In this document: positions 1 through 14,075 of the stretch, in pieces | Numbering within the stretch: position 1 is the first letter of the stretch | How the letters are laid out: the number at the start of each line of letters is the position of its first letter | From: the human T2T-CHM13v2.0 reference genome, Homo sapiens | NCBI RefSeq assembly: GCF_009914755.1 | Contig: NC_060926.1 | Length of the DNA: 64,000 nt | Reading direction: 5' to 3' (one strand) | Notes under the pieces: generated by a model | What the model was told of the DNA's origin: nothing | Seen by the model: the letters and a program-made list of their open reading frames with translations, nothing else | Database searches by the model: none | Translations under genes and position numbers: made by a program

Positions 1-540
1 GAGAAATGTGTGAGCTTTGTGGGGCAACATTTTCCCTACATAAGCAAACAGAGCTGCAGGGTCCCCTTGCAGAAGCAGCTGTACTAGATGGAAGCAGGTT
101 TTTCTAGCTCAGCTATTTGTGAAAAGTAAATCTGAGCTTGGAAGGCCTGGAAGCATTGTGCAATTTCTCATTTGAGAGAGGTCATGCTCAGGCTAGCAAA
201 AAGAGGGTAATTTCAACCACAATGAGTGCCTTTTCCCTCCGGAACATTGGGTTTCTCCAAAACATCAAAAAATGCATGTGTGTTAACAGTTTCATTTCTA
301 GATCAATATTTTTCAAGGAGGAAAAGAAATGACAATTTAGAGAAAAACAAAACAGAAGTTGTTGAAACTCTCACCACTGACCCTCCCATTTAATCACCAG
401 AAATGTGGTACCCAAGAGACGGAGCAGCCCTTAAGTTCTCATTCATTTTTTTTTGGGGGGGGCTGAATGCATTCCCTGTTCATTTCTCAAAAGAGCCACA
501 TGAAATAGCCCCGTGAAGTGCTTCATCAGAGGGGACAGCA

Positions 541-845
541 TTTTTTTTTTATTTTTTATTTTTGAGACAGGGTCTCACTCTGTTGCCCAGGCTGGAGTGC
601 AGTGGCATGATCATGGCTTAATGCAGCCTAAACCTCCCAGGCTTAAGTGATCCTCCCACCTCAGCCTTCTGAGTAGCTGGGACTGCAGGCACACACCACC
701 GTGCATGGCTAATTATTGTACTTTTTGTAGATATGGTGTTTTGTCATATTGCCCAGGCTGGTCTCAAACTCTTGGACTCAAGCCATCTTCCCCCCTCAGC
801 CTCCCAAAGGGCTGGGATTACAGGCATGAGCCACTGCACCTGGCC
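541..845 (-). mobile_element. AluJ
   Basis: Dimeric Alu in reverse orientation with T-tail and J-type diagnostics; TSD GGGACAGCATTTT at 532-544 and 847-859. Confidence 0.95.
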
Positions 846-879
846 AGGGACAGCATTTTCAAGGTAAGTCTCTGGAAAC

Positions 880-1300
880 AGGACAGCCCCCTAAATCACT
901 GCCTTATAACCACAGAAGTTTATTTCTTGCATGCATTACAGGTTGGCAGAAAGTTGGCTGTGGCTCTGCTCCGTGTATTTCCCACAAGCAGATTCCACTG
1001 GGGCAGCTGATTTGCGGGGAGTGATGTCCTCATGTCAAAGGAGAAAGCAAGAAAGCAAAACCAAAACAAACCCCAAAATCTGACAATAGCCCTTAATAGT
1101 TCAGCTGGGAACTGGCTCCCTGTATGACTTCTGTTCACATTTCAGTGGCCAAAGCAAGTCACTTTCCCAAGCCCCAAGCCTATTCTCAGCAGGATGGTTC
1201 ATTGACTCCACCCACAAAAGGTACTGTGGCTGTGCTCATGGTGTACTGCACAGGCACCTTACAGGGGGAGGGGGCCAGTAGCTGAGAACAATAATGCATT
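880..1300 (-). mobile_element. Old MaLR LTR remnant (MLT1J/K-like)
   Basis: Motifs such as agtttatttcttgc and cacatttcagtggccaaagcaagtcac resemble MLT1 consensus; boundaries approximate. Confidence 0.55.
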
Positions 1301-1364
1301 CTGTGACCAGCCTTGAGGGGCTGGAAATTGAGGCACCAATGCTTTCCCTCTGCCTATTACACCG

Positions 1365-1622
1365 CACTTCCTCTCAACACCCTACCCAGATCCTGGCCCG
1401 TCTGATTGGATCTCTGATTCCAGAGCTGGGACTGTGGTTCTTACCTCTGGCACTTCCTCTCAACACCCCACCCAGATCCTGGCCCATCTGATTGGACCTC
1501 TGATTTCAGAGCTGGGCCTGTGTTTCTCACCCCTGGCACTGCCTTTCAACACCCTACCCAGATCCTGGCCTGTCTGACTGGACCTCTGATTCCAGAACTG
1601 GGCCTGTGTTTCTTACCTCTAG
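1365..1622. repeat. 86-bp minisatellite, 3 diverged copies
   Basis: Units start at 1365, 1451 and 1537 (cacttcctctcaacaccctacccagatcctggccc...). Confidence 0.95.
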
Positions 1623-2399
1623 CTGGATTTCTATTCCACCTTGCAAAGGACCACTTAGTAGCATCAGCCTTCCACCCCAAAAACATCACCTCTGGATGTA
1701 CCTCCAAGACCAGAATGACATGCTGGTACAAAAACACAACCTCAAATCCAGTTCAAGCTTAGCACCATTTTTGGATCCATTAAATTAGATGGTTAACTTT
1801 CTACTTTCCAGGACCTATGTTCAAATTAGTGTCTCCTTCTAAGATCCTCACCCTTCCCAGCTTCTTCTAATTCTCTGTTGCCCCACTGCAAGGTGCCAAC
1901 ATGCTTTTCAGCCAGTAGAAGAGGCAGGAAAGATCTTTGTTAGTTAGGGCACCTCTGAGTCACTGCATGAAGGGACCTGTGGCTGGGAGGCCCCACCCTC
2001 CCTCCTCCTTGCTGGGCCAGCAGGGGCCAGAGCTCATTTCCAATTCTGCCCTGTTTGTGCTTGTTCTTTTTCCATGTAGTATTATCAAGAGCCCGTTTTT
2101 ATGAGCTGCAACAGTGAGGTCTGTGCAAATAAACTTTCTGAGTAATAATAACTGTCCTAAATCATTTGCTCAGGAACAAACAGTGCTTTGCAACTGGCAC
2201 AATCAGCTCCTCACATCTGAGTCAGGTTTGTAGCCTGCTTGAAGTGGATGCATGAGAAGGCTGCAGTGCTTTTAAGGGAACTGGAAGTTTCATTCATTGA
2301 CTTGACAACCAACAAGTAACCAGAGAGAATAAACCAACCAACCAACAACAACAAATAGGATTACTTGCAACAAGGAAAGCAACTTAGACAACCCCAAAT

Positions 2400-2760
2400 T
2401 TAAGAAAACAGAGGAAGAAAGGCGCCCACTCCCTCGTCATCTTGGCTATCATTATTTTTTAATTTTGCTCCAATCCCTTTTCATGTAAAATCTAAGAATC
2501 GCTGTTACGTAAACTTTGGTATCCAGCTTTTTCTTTTTTTTAAATTAACATCAATAGATTTTCTTCATCATAGTTGCTTTTTGTGGCTGAATAATTTTTC
2601 ACATACCAAAAGGATTGTACGCATGTTCCATAATTTACTTAGCCAACTCTCTTACTGCTGAACACTTAGGTGATTTTTACTTTATATTTCTGCCATGATA
2701 AACAATACTATTATGAACACATTTATATTTTCAAATTTGTACATAATATGAGCTTGTGAT
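2400..2760 (-). mobile_element. Ancient L1M(E) 3' remnant
   Basis: ataatttacttagccaactctcttactgctgaacacttaggtgattt resembles the L1ME antisense 3' region; boundaries approximate. Confidence 0.55.
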
Positions 2761-3070
2761 TATTTGATTTTTTGGGTTTTTTTAGGCATTAAAGCTAGAA
2801 TCACAATAGTAGGGGTAGAGAATGATACTACGTATTTACAAAAAACCTAAGAAAAATGATGCTGATTTTCTTGTATCTTCTGGAATCTGTAGAAAAGGCC
2901 ACCCCTTTAAGAGCTTATGACCTGCTACCTGCAGCTGACAATGGGTGTGCTATGAGAATGAAAGTTGGATGAACGTGTTGTAAGAAGAAAACACATCTTC
3001 CCCTTCTACCCACCTTAGGTTCATTGGCTGGGTCCCCTGTAACCAAATGCAGATTAATAAGAGCAAAGTC

Positions 3071-3344
3071 AGCCGGGCGTGGTGGCTCATGCCTGTAATC
3101 CCTGCACTTTGGGAGGCCAAGGCAGGCGGATCACCTGAGGTCAGGAGTTTGAGACCAGCCTGGCCAACATGGTGAAACCCCGTATCTACTAAAAATACAA
3201 AAATGAGCTGGGCATGGTGACTTGTGCCTGTAGTCTCAGCTACTTGGAAAGCTTGAACCCAGGAGGTGGAGTTTGCAGTGAGCCAAGATCGTGCCACTGC
3301 ATTCCAGGCTAGGTGTCACAGTGAGACTCTGTCTCAAAAAAAAA
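3071..3344 (+). mobile_element. AluS with small right-arm deletion
   Basis: Alu consensus, A-tail, ggatcacctgaggtcagg. Confidence 0.95.
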
Positions 3345-3496
3345 GCCAACAAATTTATTTAATAAGTTTTACATGACACAGAGCCCTCAAATGACATGAA
3401 GACCAGAAGAAACAGTTAAACCTGTGTGTTTTTATGCTGTTTGATAAAAGATGAGAAAGCCATGGAAGGATGTGGTAGGTTAAAGGGGATGAGTAA

Positions 3497-4032
<536 letters not shown>

Positions 4033-4456
4033 TAGTGTGCCTTGAATCCCATCAGTGTCCTTCTTATCTCTCATATGCAGGCTTATTTGTAGAATAAATG
4101 GATCCTCCCAAGAAGGGTTCATGGAGAAAATTCCCCCTTGGGTGTCAATATCTGAAAAACATGGCCCTGAAGTGCATATTGTGTTTTATTTTACAAACAT
4201 TATGAATCCTGTAAACTAGTGGTGTGGATGTCTTGGCTTCAGCTAGCAGAGAGCTGGTGCATTTGTGGCTCACTTCTAGCTAATATTTAGGATCATTTGT
4301 TATACATTTTTCTGCTAATCATACCTTTAATTTATTTCCAGTATGCTGCTGCTATTTAAAATTATGTTAAAAAGGAATTCTTGGTAATGTAAAAAAAAAA
4401 AAAAAAAAAACCTCAGAACACAGTAGTGTATGCTCTATACAAAATGACATTTTTTA

Positions 4457-4828
<372 letters not shown>

Positions 4829-5657
4829 TTATATTTTTCAAGCTAGCTTTTGTGAAGTTTTTAAAACATGAACATGCATTACTTTTATAAGGCTAATGGG
4901 AAAAACCATTAGCTTTGGAAACCAAAAAAAAAAAAAAAGAAAGCAAGTGAAGATCCCTCTGTGCACATGGGGCCGGCACCATTTACCTGTAATGGCATCA
5001 GGAACATTAGGAAATTGGAAACGGGAGCATCAGCACTTGCACAATTTAATAATTTGCTGATCACTGCCATGCATTAGACTTTAACTATTTTGTCTACAAA
5101 GCATGAGCATGCCTTTATGTAGTTAATGCAGCCACATTAAACATTTATATGATGTCTATTTTCCCAGGGCTTGTTTGTTTTCACTTTTTCATATCGGGAG
5201 CTGATGCAGCTGCTCTCTGTCTTCTCAGGTGAGGCTCCTGCAGGTGGAGAGGCAAGAAAGCCTCCTCTGTGGCATGCCCGAAGCTGCAGAGAGCTTCTAG
5301 GCAGAAAAGTTTGCCTTTTTTTTTTTTTTTTTCCCTCTTTCTCTCCCCTCTGCCCTCCCAGGGCATTTCCTGGGTGTCACGCTCGTGTTTCATTTTGATT
5401 GATGCTAATGGCATTTTCAAACTGCAATTTCCCAGGCTTACTTAAAAACCATACTTGGAGATTGTGATAGCAATGTTTCCAATTAACACAACACTCTTCA
5501 CCCAAGTTTTCAATACTTGGTTAATTCATGGAAAATGAACTCAAAGGATTTAAGAAACTATTTCTCTCCCAAAACAGTTGTGCATTGGAAACACGATCAA
5601 GTTCTGAATCTCTAAGCATATCCTGCATGAAAATTAGCTCCATGAAATTAAGCTTCC

Positions 5658-5818
5658 TTTTTTATTTTTTTGAGACAGGATCTCACTCTGTCACCCAGGT
5701 TGGAGTGCAGTGGTGCAATCATGACTCACTGTAGCCTCAAACTCCTGGCCTCAAGCAGTCCTCTTGCCTCAGCCTCCCAAAATGCTAGAATTACAGGCAT
5801 GAGCCACCACACTCGGCC
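5658..5818 (-). mobile_element. Alu monomer (FRAM-like)
   Basis: Single right-arm-length monomer with T-tail. Confidence 0.85.
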
Positions 5819-5845
5819 ATAATCCCTTTCTTATGCCTCCTTCTT

Positions 5846-5970
5846 AGGGTTGCCAGATAAAATATAGGGCATCCAGTTAAATTTAAATTTCAAGTAAACA
5901 ACAAATAATTTTTTTTAGTATAATTGTGTCCCAAATACTGTATCATTTTTCTCCCCTAAATGATGAACCT
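5846..5970. mobile_element. MER33-like hAT DNA transposon fragment
   Basis: tagggttgccagataaaata...ccagttaaatttaaatttca matches the MER33 terminus. Confidence 0.7.
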
Positions 5971-6999
5971 TCCCCTCTGGTTAGAACTGGCCATGTCCAG
6001 AAAGGAAAATTTGATCAGTGCCTTATTGCCATAGTGGTGTAGTTGAGATCGGATTTGGCAGTTTAGACAAAATGGCTCATTTGATGCTTTTCTTCAAGGA
6101 CAAGGTGATTTTTACTCTGTCAAAAACAAATTAAAAAAAAAAAAGTTGGCCTTTGCCAATTCGATCTTTAAACTTGTTGCCATTTTGTTTTTGATTCATG
6201 AGTCATGATGTACCCAGCTATGAAACAGAAAAGGTGCTTTGCCCCGTGGGCAGAAGAGTTGGTTTTTGTAAGGCAGCTTGAGCAGGAACAAGGAAATAGC
6301 ATAAGACAAACCAGAGGTGGGGTGGCATCAGGTCACCTCAGGCTGCCTTCCTCACAAGGATTGAAGCAGAGGGACTTTCTTACCACATAGCTTACAACTG
6401 GATCTCCCTTCTGATTTCTCAAATGTCAGATAAACAACGTCGTTTCAGTTTGGTGACATGGAATTTAAGTATGAGTGACTCCATTTTGGAACAACTCTGT
6501 GGGGCTGCTTGGAAGCCCCCGGAGAGAAGCCTGAGCTGCATCTCACCGTGTGTTTCATCCATGGCGTGCTCCCAGCTCTAGCGTGCGTGGAGAGAGGTCA
6601 TGGAGTGTGGTTGCTTTACTTTCTACAAAAGTTCCGAAAGCAGGAGCCCACTGGGTGAGCTGGGGAAGGAACAGAATGGGAGGGGGAGAGAGGAGGAAGT
6701 CACTGCAGCTCGTGATCTCACCCCTAAACCTTCTGTTAGTCAAGTTCCTAGCCCCACAAAACGCTTGGTGTGAGTAGATACCTTATGTAACTGGTGAGGT
6801 GCCTGGGCTTTTTTATCATTGTGTCTAAGGGATGGAACAGAGGCAGCTCACACAGACTCAGAAGCATTTAGGACAGAAGAGACCACGAGGAGGAGCCCCC
6901 TGGGAACTTGCAGGAATGGTGGAAGACTGACAACGTCCCCCTGACATCTAGGTTACAGTTTTAGAGTAGACGGAGCTGTGCATTTGGCAACTAACTGCC

Positions 7000-7190
7000 T
7001 CTATTCAATTCTTGTATCTACTACTACTAGCTGTGTGATCTTACACAAATAACTTAACCTCTCTGATCCTCAGATTTCACATCTTTAAAAACAGAATATT
7101 AACACCTACATCCAGGGTCTCCTTGAGACTTAAATGAGGCATGGAGGTGATGCACCCGGTAGGTAGTAGGAGTCTCCAATAAGTTAGTTG
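7000..7190 (+). mobile_element. MIR
   Basis: ctactagctgtgtgatctt...acttaacctctctgatcctcag...catctttaaaa core. Confidence 0.75.
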
Positions 7191-7321
7191 TCTTTTTCTC
7201 TTAATTCCACTATTTCTAGGAGGTGAATACACTAGAAAAAAGTTTGTACAGCTGAATAACTAATCATACACAAACAATGTGGTGAACAATTCTTTTCCTA
7301 CAACTTTCAGGTTACAGAGGA

Positions 7322-7420
7322 GGGGCGGGGAAAGATGACGTCACAAGAGCAGGGTTAGTTGCACCAGCAAATGAGGCAGGTTTCCGTACCCCTGCAACCC
7401 CCGCCTTGCTGCACACGTGC
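7322..7420. promoter_or_regulatory. GC-box + full CRE + E-box cluster
   Basis: GGGGCGGGG 7322-7330, TGACGTCA 7336-7343, CACGTG 7414-7419 in unique sequence. Confidence 0.45.
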
Positions 7421-8915
7421 ACACACATACACACACGCACACGCTCAAGAATGGGTCCTCCATCCTCCAATGCCAACTTTTATTATAGTTCAGTCATTTG
7501 AAATTACTCGTACCAAGTCTTTTCTCCATTTTTGTGCATAATTGAATAATCCAGCTACTTAACAAAGGCCTTCGTGTATCTTTATTCTTCCTCAAACCCT
7601 TCAAAAAAATGTATAACTTTTGCCAAAACTTATCCAGAAGTACCAATGTGCTTGCGATTAGGACTTCTTTCCAGTTGAGCTCACTGCCATATCTAAATCT
7701 GTGTTAGCTACAGACTCCACACAGAGAGACCCATGAACGAAAACTCAATCTACACCATGGGCATCAGGGCTGCTTTCAAGGGTTTGATTCAACGACAGTC
7801 TTAATCGGAGTGCACAACAGCTGGTGTAAATCCAAGCCTTCGCCTTGGCAAGAGAGGAGCTGCTTTCAGAGCAGGCCTGATGGGTGAGGCTGGAGAGGCA
7901 GGCTGCCTTTCTGATAGAGCTCATCAGGGACTTCCCATGAGAGCCGCCCGCAGTGCCTCAATGCTGAGATAGAAAAGATGAGTTTAGTGAGAGCTCAGAG
8001 TGGTTGTACATAAGCAAAACTGTGATCTCCCAAGAGAAGGGCAGAGATGGCCATGCAGATGGCTGCAGGCACATGCAGATGCCTGTGGCTTTGTCCTCTC
8101 CCCTGGAAATGCAGAAGAGAATGGTTCCCTTGTCCTCTGCTCTCTCTCAACCATCCTGCAGGAACTTATAAGAAACACCTTTGTCATCGCCTAAAGGGAG
8201 TGAGGAGTGAACTGTAAATCTCAGGTCTGGTGTAACGAGATGATTTTTGCAGTAGGATAGAACATTTTATCAATCCTAAGAGCAACATTCCAGTCTTTTT
8301 TCAGATAGGACCACTCCGCTAGCATAGATTTAACCCAGAAATTAGGAACGCAGAGGACTGATTGTATCCCCAGTGGCTCTAGCCAGAAACAATTATCCAC
8401 TTGGCTCATTAAAACAAGTAACAAATGGCTAATTGTCTCCACAATTTGCCAAGTGCTGGTTCAGTTACTTGTGCCTGTGAACTCAGGAATATGAAGAGAG
8501 GCTGGCAAGAATAGAAGAGGAACTAAAATTCTGCCATACATAGATGGGTCCATCATTTTATTTTTTATTCTCTTCCTTAGTGTGGGGAGAGTGGAGCAGG
8601 GGGTACAAAAAGAGAAGGATTGAACAGGATGACCCTATGTTACTTTCTGTGTTTCAAGTACTATGATTCATGGTGAAACAAAATGAATAGAATCATACCA
8701 GATCTGTGATCAGTTTCAGCAGAATATACATCATCATGAAGTCCCCAGGAGAGGTGAACAAGGAAGGAATGCTCTCCTCACGTTTCTGGAAGTTCCCTGA
8801 GGCCCTGCCCAGCTTCTCTTTGGTGATAGGTGAGACCCAGGTGCAGCAGCCCAGCCGTGCTGGGGGGGACTCGGCCTGAGCAGAAGGCAGCAAGAGGAAC
8901 CTGGGTCCACCCTTC

Positions 8916-9271
8916 TGTCCTAGTCCATTAGTGCTGTTACAACAACATACCCGAGAATGGATAATTTATAAACAGCAGGAATTTATTTCTTATACTTCTG
9001 GAGGCTGAGAAGTCCAAGATCACTGCACCAGCAGATCGGGTGTCTGGTGGGAGGTCTCTGCATCATAGATGGGGCCTTCTACGTGTCCTCTCATGGCAGA
9101 AGGGCCAAACAGATGCACCCAAGCCTTTTTATAAGGTCATGAATTCCATTTCTGAAGGCGGAACCCTCCTGACCTAATCACCTCCTAAAGGTCTCACCTC
9201 TTAATGCTGTTGCATTGGGGGTTCAGGCTCAACATGAATTTTGGAGGGACACCAACATTCAAATCATAGCA
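8916..9271 (-). mobile_element. MaLR solo LTR (MLT1A/MST-like)
   Basis: tgtcctagtcc...ttctggaggctgagaagtccaagatc...attcaaatcatagca; imperfect 5-bp TSD ccttc/ctttc. Confidence 0.85.
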
Positions 9272-9710
9272 CTTTCCTTCTGAAATTATTGGTAGGATGA
9301 AGCTCTGGACTTCTGCCTAACACCTCCCTTCTTCCCTTTATTCTTCTGCATTTGCATCTAGCTTGATTTTTTATTTTTCCCAAATTTTCTGAAGATCAGA
9401 AAATTGTATCAGTAAATTTCCGGTGATAAAACACCAACAGCCCGTTCTACTCTTGCACAGTCAGGACGGGGTGTGTCTGTGCTGAGGACAACAGGCAGAC
9501 TCAAGTCCTCTGTCTTCTTCAGAGACACCCTTGAGAGCAAACAAGGAAAATGAAAAGGAAGTTAATAAAAATAAATATTAGGCAAAAGATCATAAAAACT
9601 TTAAATGGGAATGAAATAAGAAAGAAAGAGACACAGGGAAGGAGAGAGATGGTGTCTGGGAGATCCTTCTACATGAAAAGTTCCCAGCAGGCAGAGATGA
9701 CCCTTATTTA

Positions 9711-10098
<388 letters not shown>

Positions 10099-11825
10099 CT
10101 CCCTGCTCTTCTTGTCCTGCACTGAGCATCTCCCACCTTCTAGCAGATCTGATCGATCAGTTTGTTCCAGTGTACAATGACTGATGAAGGCTGAAATATT
10201 AGTCATTTACATTATAAAAATGGATAATTGAAAAATGTGCTGATTATCCCCCCAAAAGCCATCGAAAGTAGCAGGCATTTTAGACAACCCCATTCTTGCT
10301 GGTTTCTCAACTTCATTAACCCACGAATGAAGAAAATAACAATATAAATGTTGAATTTGTGCATACGTGTTATTGCTGAATTTTATAAGTCATACTATTC
10401 TTTATATTCAGGAGCTATATTGAGCAAAATGCATCATGAGGAATGATTTAATTTGGATGCCTTTGTAAAACTCCATGGGCAAATTATTGCCAACCACAGT
10501 CGTCTGAACAATCTTTCTTGCTCTGTTATTTTTCACATTTTTCAAATTTCCATTGGCAACTGAGAAGCCCATTAGGATTATCAGGGCATTTTCCCCTTTT
10601 ATCAGAGGACTCTTAAAGGATCCTTGAACTCAGGGGGGCATGAACCATTTAGCGTTGGGATGCCAGTAGGGTTTTTTGCTCTGGAAAGGAAATGGCAGGG
10701 GTATGGGGAAATGGGCGGTGTGTCAGGAAGCAACGTGTCTTTCAGATGCGGCATGCCTGAGTTTTAGGACAATTATTTAATGTGTTTGAATTTGTGTGTT
10801 TTGTGGATGCTGATGCTCAAAATCCACAAAGGCAGAAACCGCAACCCCTCCTAAGCTTTTCTTCCAAGCCATGCCTGACAGCACGCACATTGCCGAGAAT
10901 GATTACTGAGCTCAGGGTGTGACCTTTTCAGGGGGACCCTCGGTGGGATGCTGCTTGGGAATGCAGCCCTCCCAGGCCACCAGCAAGGGTGACTAATGGG
11001 ACCAGCTTTTTCAACTTCTTTCCCAAGGGCAACAGAGAAACTCCTGGGTAAGTTTTGATGGGGCAGGATGAGCACAAACCCCTTCCTAGGATCTTTCCCA
11101 GAGCTGCACATCTGCTCCTACCCACCACACCAGAATTTCACAACATTTCATTTTTAATTCCACCCATGAGGTCAGCATTCCTAAGTAACAGCTCTTTGGG
11201 ACATGTGAAAGTGAGAAATCACCCATATTTTCTTAGGAAAAAAACCAAAAACCAAACGGCCATTAACCAGTGGCTCGCGCTGGGACATCTGAGACGTCTG
11301 CTTTTTTTTTGCTGAATGCAGCACCTCTCATCTTACCCGGCGCAACACCATCTGCTGCGTTGTGCCCAGAACCTAAAAAGAGCATGTCTTGGCAGAGGAG
11401 GGTGTATTTAAAGGCCATCGACAGCAGACCAGCTTCTCATTTTAAAGAAACACAGAGAAAAAGTCCTTCTATCTGAGGCATTCATGAGAGTCGTCGACGG
11501 TGAAACAAAAAGCTAGTTAAGAAATTACAAATATTTAGAGTAGGTTACTTTAACTTAAGAGACACAAATATAATTTGTTGGAGATAAAAATCCCTCTTTT
11601 GATGTGAGAACCAAGTTCTGTTCTTTGAGTGAGGTCTCCTTGCTGGAATTCTGCATCATCCTTCTTGCAATACTACCTCTTCATTGCATCATCTGATCTT
11701 TTCGGATAAGATTTCTTTAATGTAGAGCAAGAACTTAGAAATACACAATGCACTATGTGGGTAAAATCTTTCTTTTTTATTCATAATGTATAAAGTACAA
11801 CTATATACCAGAACAAAGATAGTAA

Positions 11826-12367
11826 TTTTTTTTTTTTTTTTTACTTTAGGTTCTGGGATACATGTGCAGAACCTGCAGGTTTGTTACATAGGTATACATG
11901 TGCCTGGGTGGTTTGCTGCACCTATCAACCCGTCATTAAGCCCCACATGCATTAGGTATTTGTCCTAATGCTCTCCCTCCCCTTGTCCCCCAACCCCCGA
12001 CAGGCCCTGGTGTGTGATGGTCCCCTCCCTGTGTCCATGTGGTCTCACTGTTCAGCTCCCATTTATGAGTGAGAACATGTGGTGTTTGGTTTTCTGTTCT
12101 TGTGTTAGTTTGCTGAGAATGATGGCTTCCAGCTTCTTCCATGTTCCCGCAAAGGACATGAACTCATTCTTTTTTATGGTTGCATAGTATTCCATGGTGT
12201 ATATGTGCCACATTTTTTTTATCTAGTCTATCATTGATGGGCATGTGGGTTGGTTCTAAGTCTTTGCTATTGTAAATAGTGCTGCAGTAAACATATGTGT
12301 GCATGTGTCTTTACAGTAGAATGATTTATAATTCTTTGGATATATACCCAGTAATGGGATTGTTGGG
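11826..12367 (-). mobile_element. L1PA7/8-like 3' end, 5'-truncated
   Basis: Poly-T, then antisense L1 3'UTR (gcattaggtatttgtcctaatgctctccc) and ORF2 end. Confidence 0.93.
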
Positions 12368-12370
12368 TTC

Positions 12371-12710
12371 TTTTTTTTCACTTTTTTTCTTTTTTCTTTC
12401 TTTCTTTTTTTTTTTTTTTTTAGATAAGATCTTGATCTGTCACCCAGGAGGCTGGAGTGGAGTGAAGTAGAAAGATCAAGGCTCACTGCAGCCTTGACCT
12501 CCTAGGCTCAATTGATCCTCCCACCTCAGCCTCCTGAACAGCTGGGACTACAGGTGCACACCAACGTGCCCGGCTAGTTTTTGTACTTTTTATAGAGTCG
12601 GGATTTTGCCATGTTGCCCAGGCTGGGTTTGAATTCCTGGGCTCAAGCAATCCACCCACCTTGGCCTCCCAAAGTGCTGCGATTACAGGCGTGAGCCACT
12701 GCACCTGGCC
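12371..12710 (-). mobile_element. AluJ
   Basis: Reverse Alu with J diagnostics; TSD AAATCTTTCT at about 11764-11773 and 12712-12721, pushed apart by the later L1. Confidence 0.9.
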
Positions 12711-13029
12711 CAAATCTTTCTAGATGTTTACAATCTCCACCCCACCCCCCAATGTCTTGGCCACAACTTTTTAAAAACATTTTTAAGAGACTCATTCTTA
12801 GTCTTTCCAGAGCCTTCATCTTCATTTTCATATAAACGATAGCTCTTTCCTTTTGCACTTACGCTTCATAGAGTCAGCTAGTATTTATTTAAATTACATC
12901 ACTATAACAACCAATACAACTGGCATAAACGGGCTTGGTGTGGGGGCCAGAGCAACTGCATCTTGGATGCTAATCCACCACGTACTTCTCATTAACCCCA
13001 GTTCCAGGAAGGCCTCGGAGATTTCTATG

Positions 13030-13312
13030 TTATCTACTGTTTTTTACATAAGAACACGTACTTATGGTAAATCCTGCCCTTAAGCAGTTGTCCTACACAT
13101 TCCTCTGCCTGGGTACATAAGCGGTGGGTCTGGGAGATAATGGTGCGAAGCCATCCACTATCTCATCTTGAGGCCTCCTAGGACATCATGGCTTCTGTTT
13201 ATAAGTCCCTATAAAATGTTTCTTTCTAAGAAACTGGATTTGTCAGCCTCTTTCTTCGGCCTCTCAGCTTCCTTGGACTTTGGAGGTAGGTTTGCATAGA
13301 CCTGCTCACTGT
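13030..13312 (+). mobile_element. ERV1 LTR 3' part (MER34/MER39-like)
   Basis: aaactggatttgtcagcctctttcttcggcctctcagct...ggtaggtttgcatagacctgc resembles MER34/39 U5; left boundary uncertain. Confidence 0.6.
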
Positions 13313-13380
13313 CACCTGGGAACCAGCCTGAGTCTTAGGAGGATTTATCAGAGAGCAACCCACTAGCCTCAAAATCTGAG

Positions 13381-13735
<355 letters not shown>

Positions 13736-13918
13736 CTATTTTGCAGAAGACATGAAGAATATTGGTCAATCCAGCAATGGTGGTTAAGGGAAGGTTGGTT
13801 AAGAGGGCTTTAATACACAACAAGGACTTAGAAACACACAAAGCAATATGTGGGTAAAATCTTCCTAGATTTTTACAGTCTCCACTCCACCCTGCAATAA
13901 CTTGGCAACACCTTCCAC

Positions 13919-14075
13919 ACTTGGAAGCCTGAACTGCTTGGGTTCAAATCTCAGTTTGCCACTAACAAACTAAGTGAGTTTGAGCAAATTATTCAGGTCT
14001 GGTGTTTCCTTATTTTTTCCTTATTTATCACATGGGATAGTAACAGCTTCTAACTTATATGACTGGGTGTGATTA
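13919..14075 (+). mobile_element. MIR (locally duplicated copy)
   Basis: MIR-like; shares long exact tracts with 16136-16276. Confidence 0.7.

Noticed and set aside
4391-4410. Isolated A20 run suggesting a processed pseudogene tail
   Set aside because: No convincing TSD, polyA signal or upstream ORF remnant
6192-6208. Palindromic AP-1 site TCATGAGTCATGA
   Set aside because: Several TGAGTCA 7-mers are expected by chance in 64 kb
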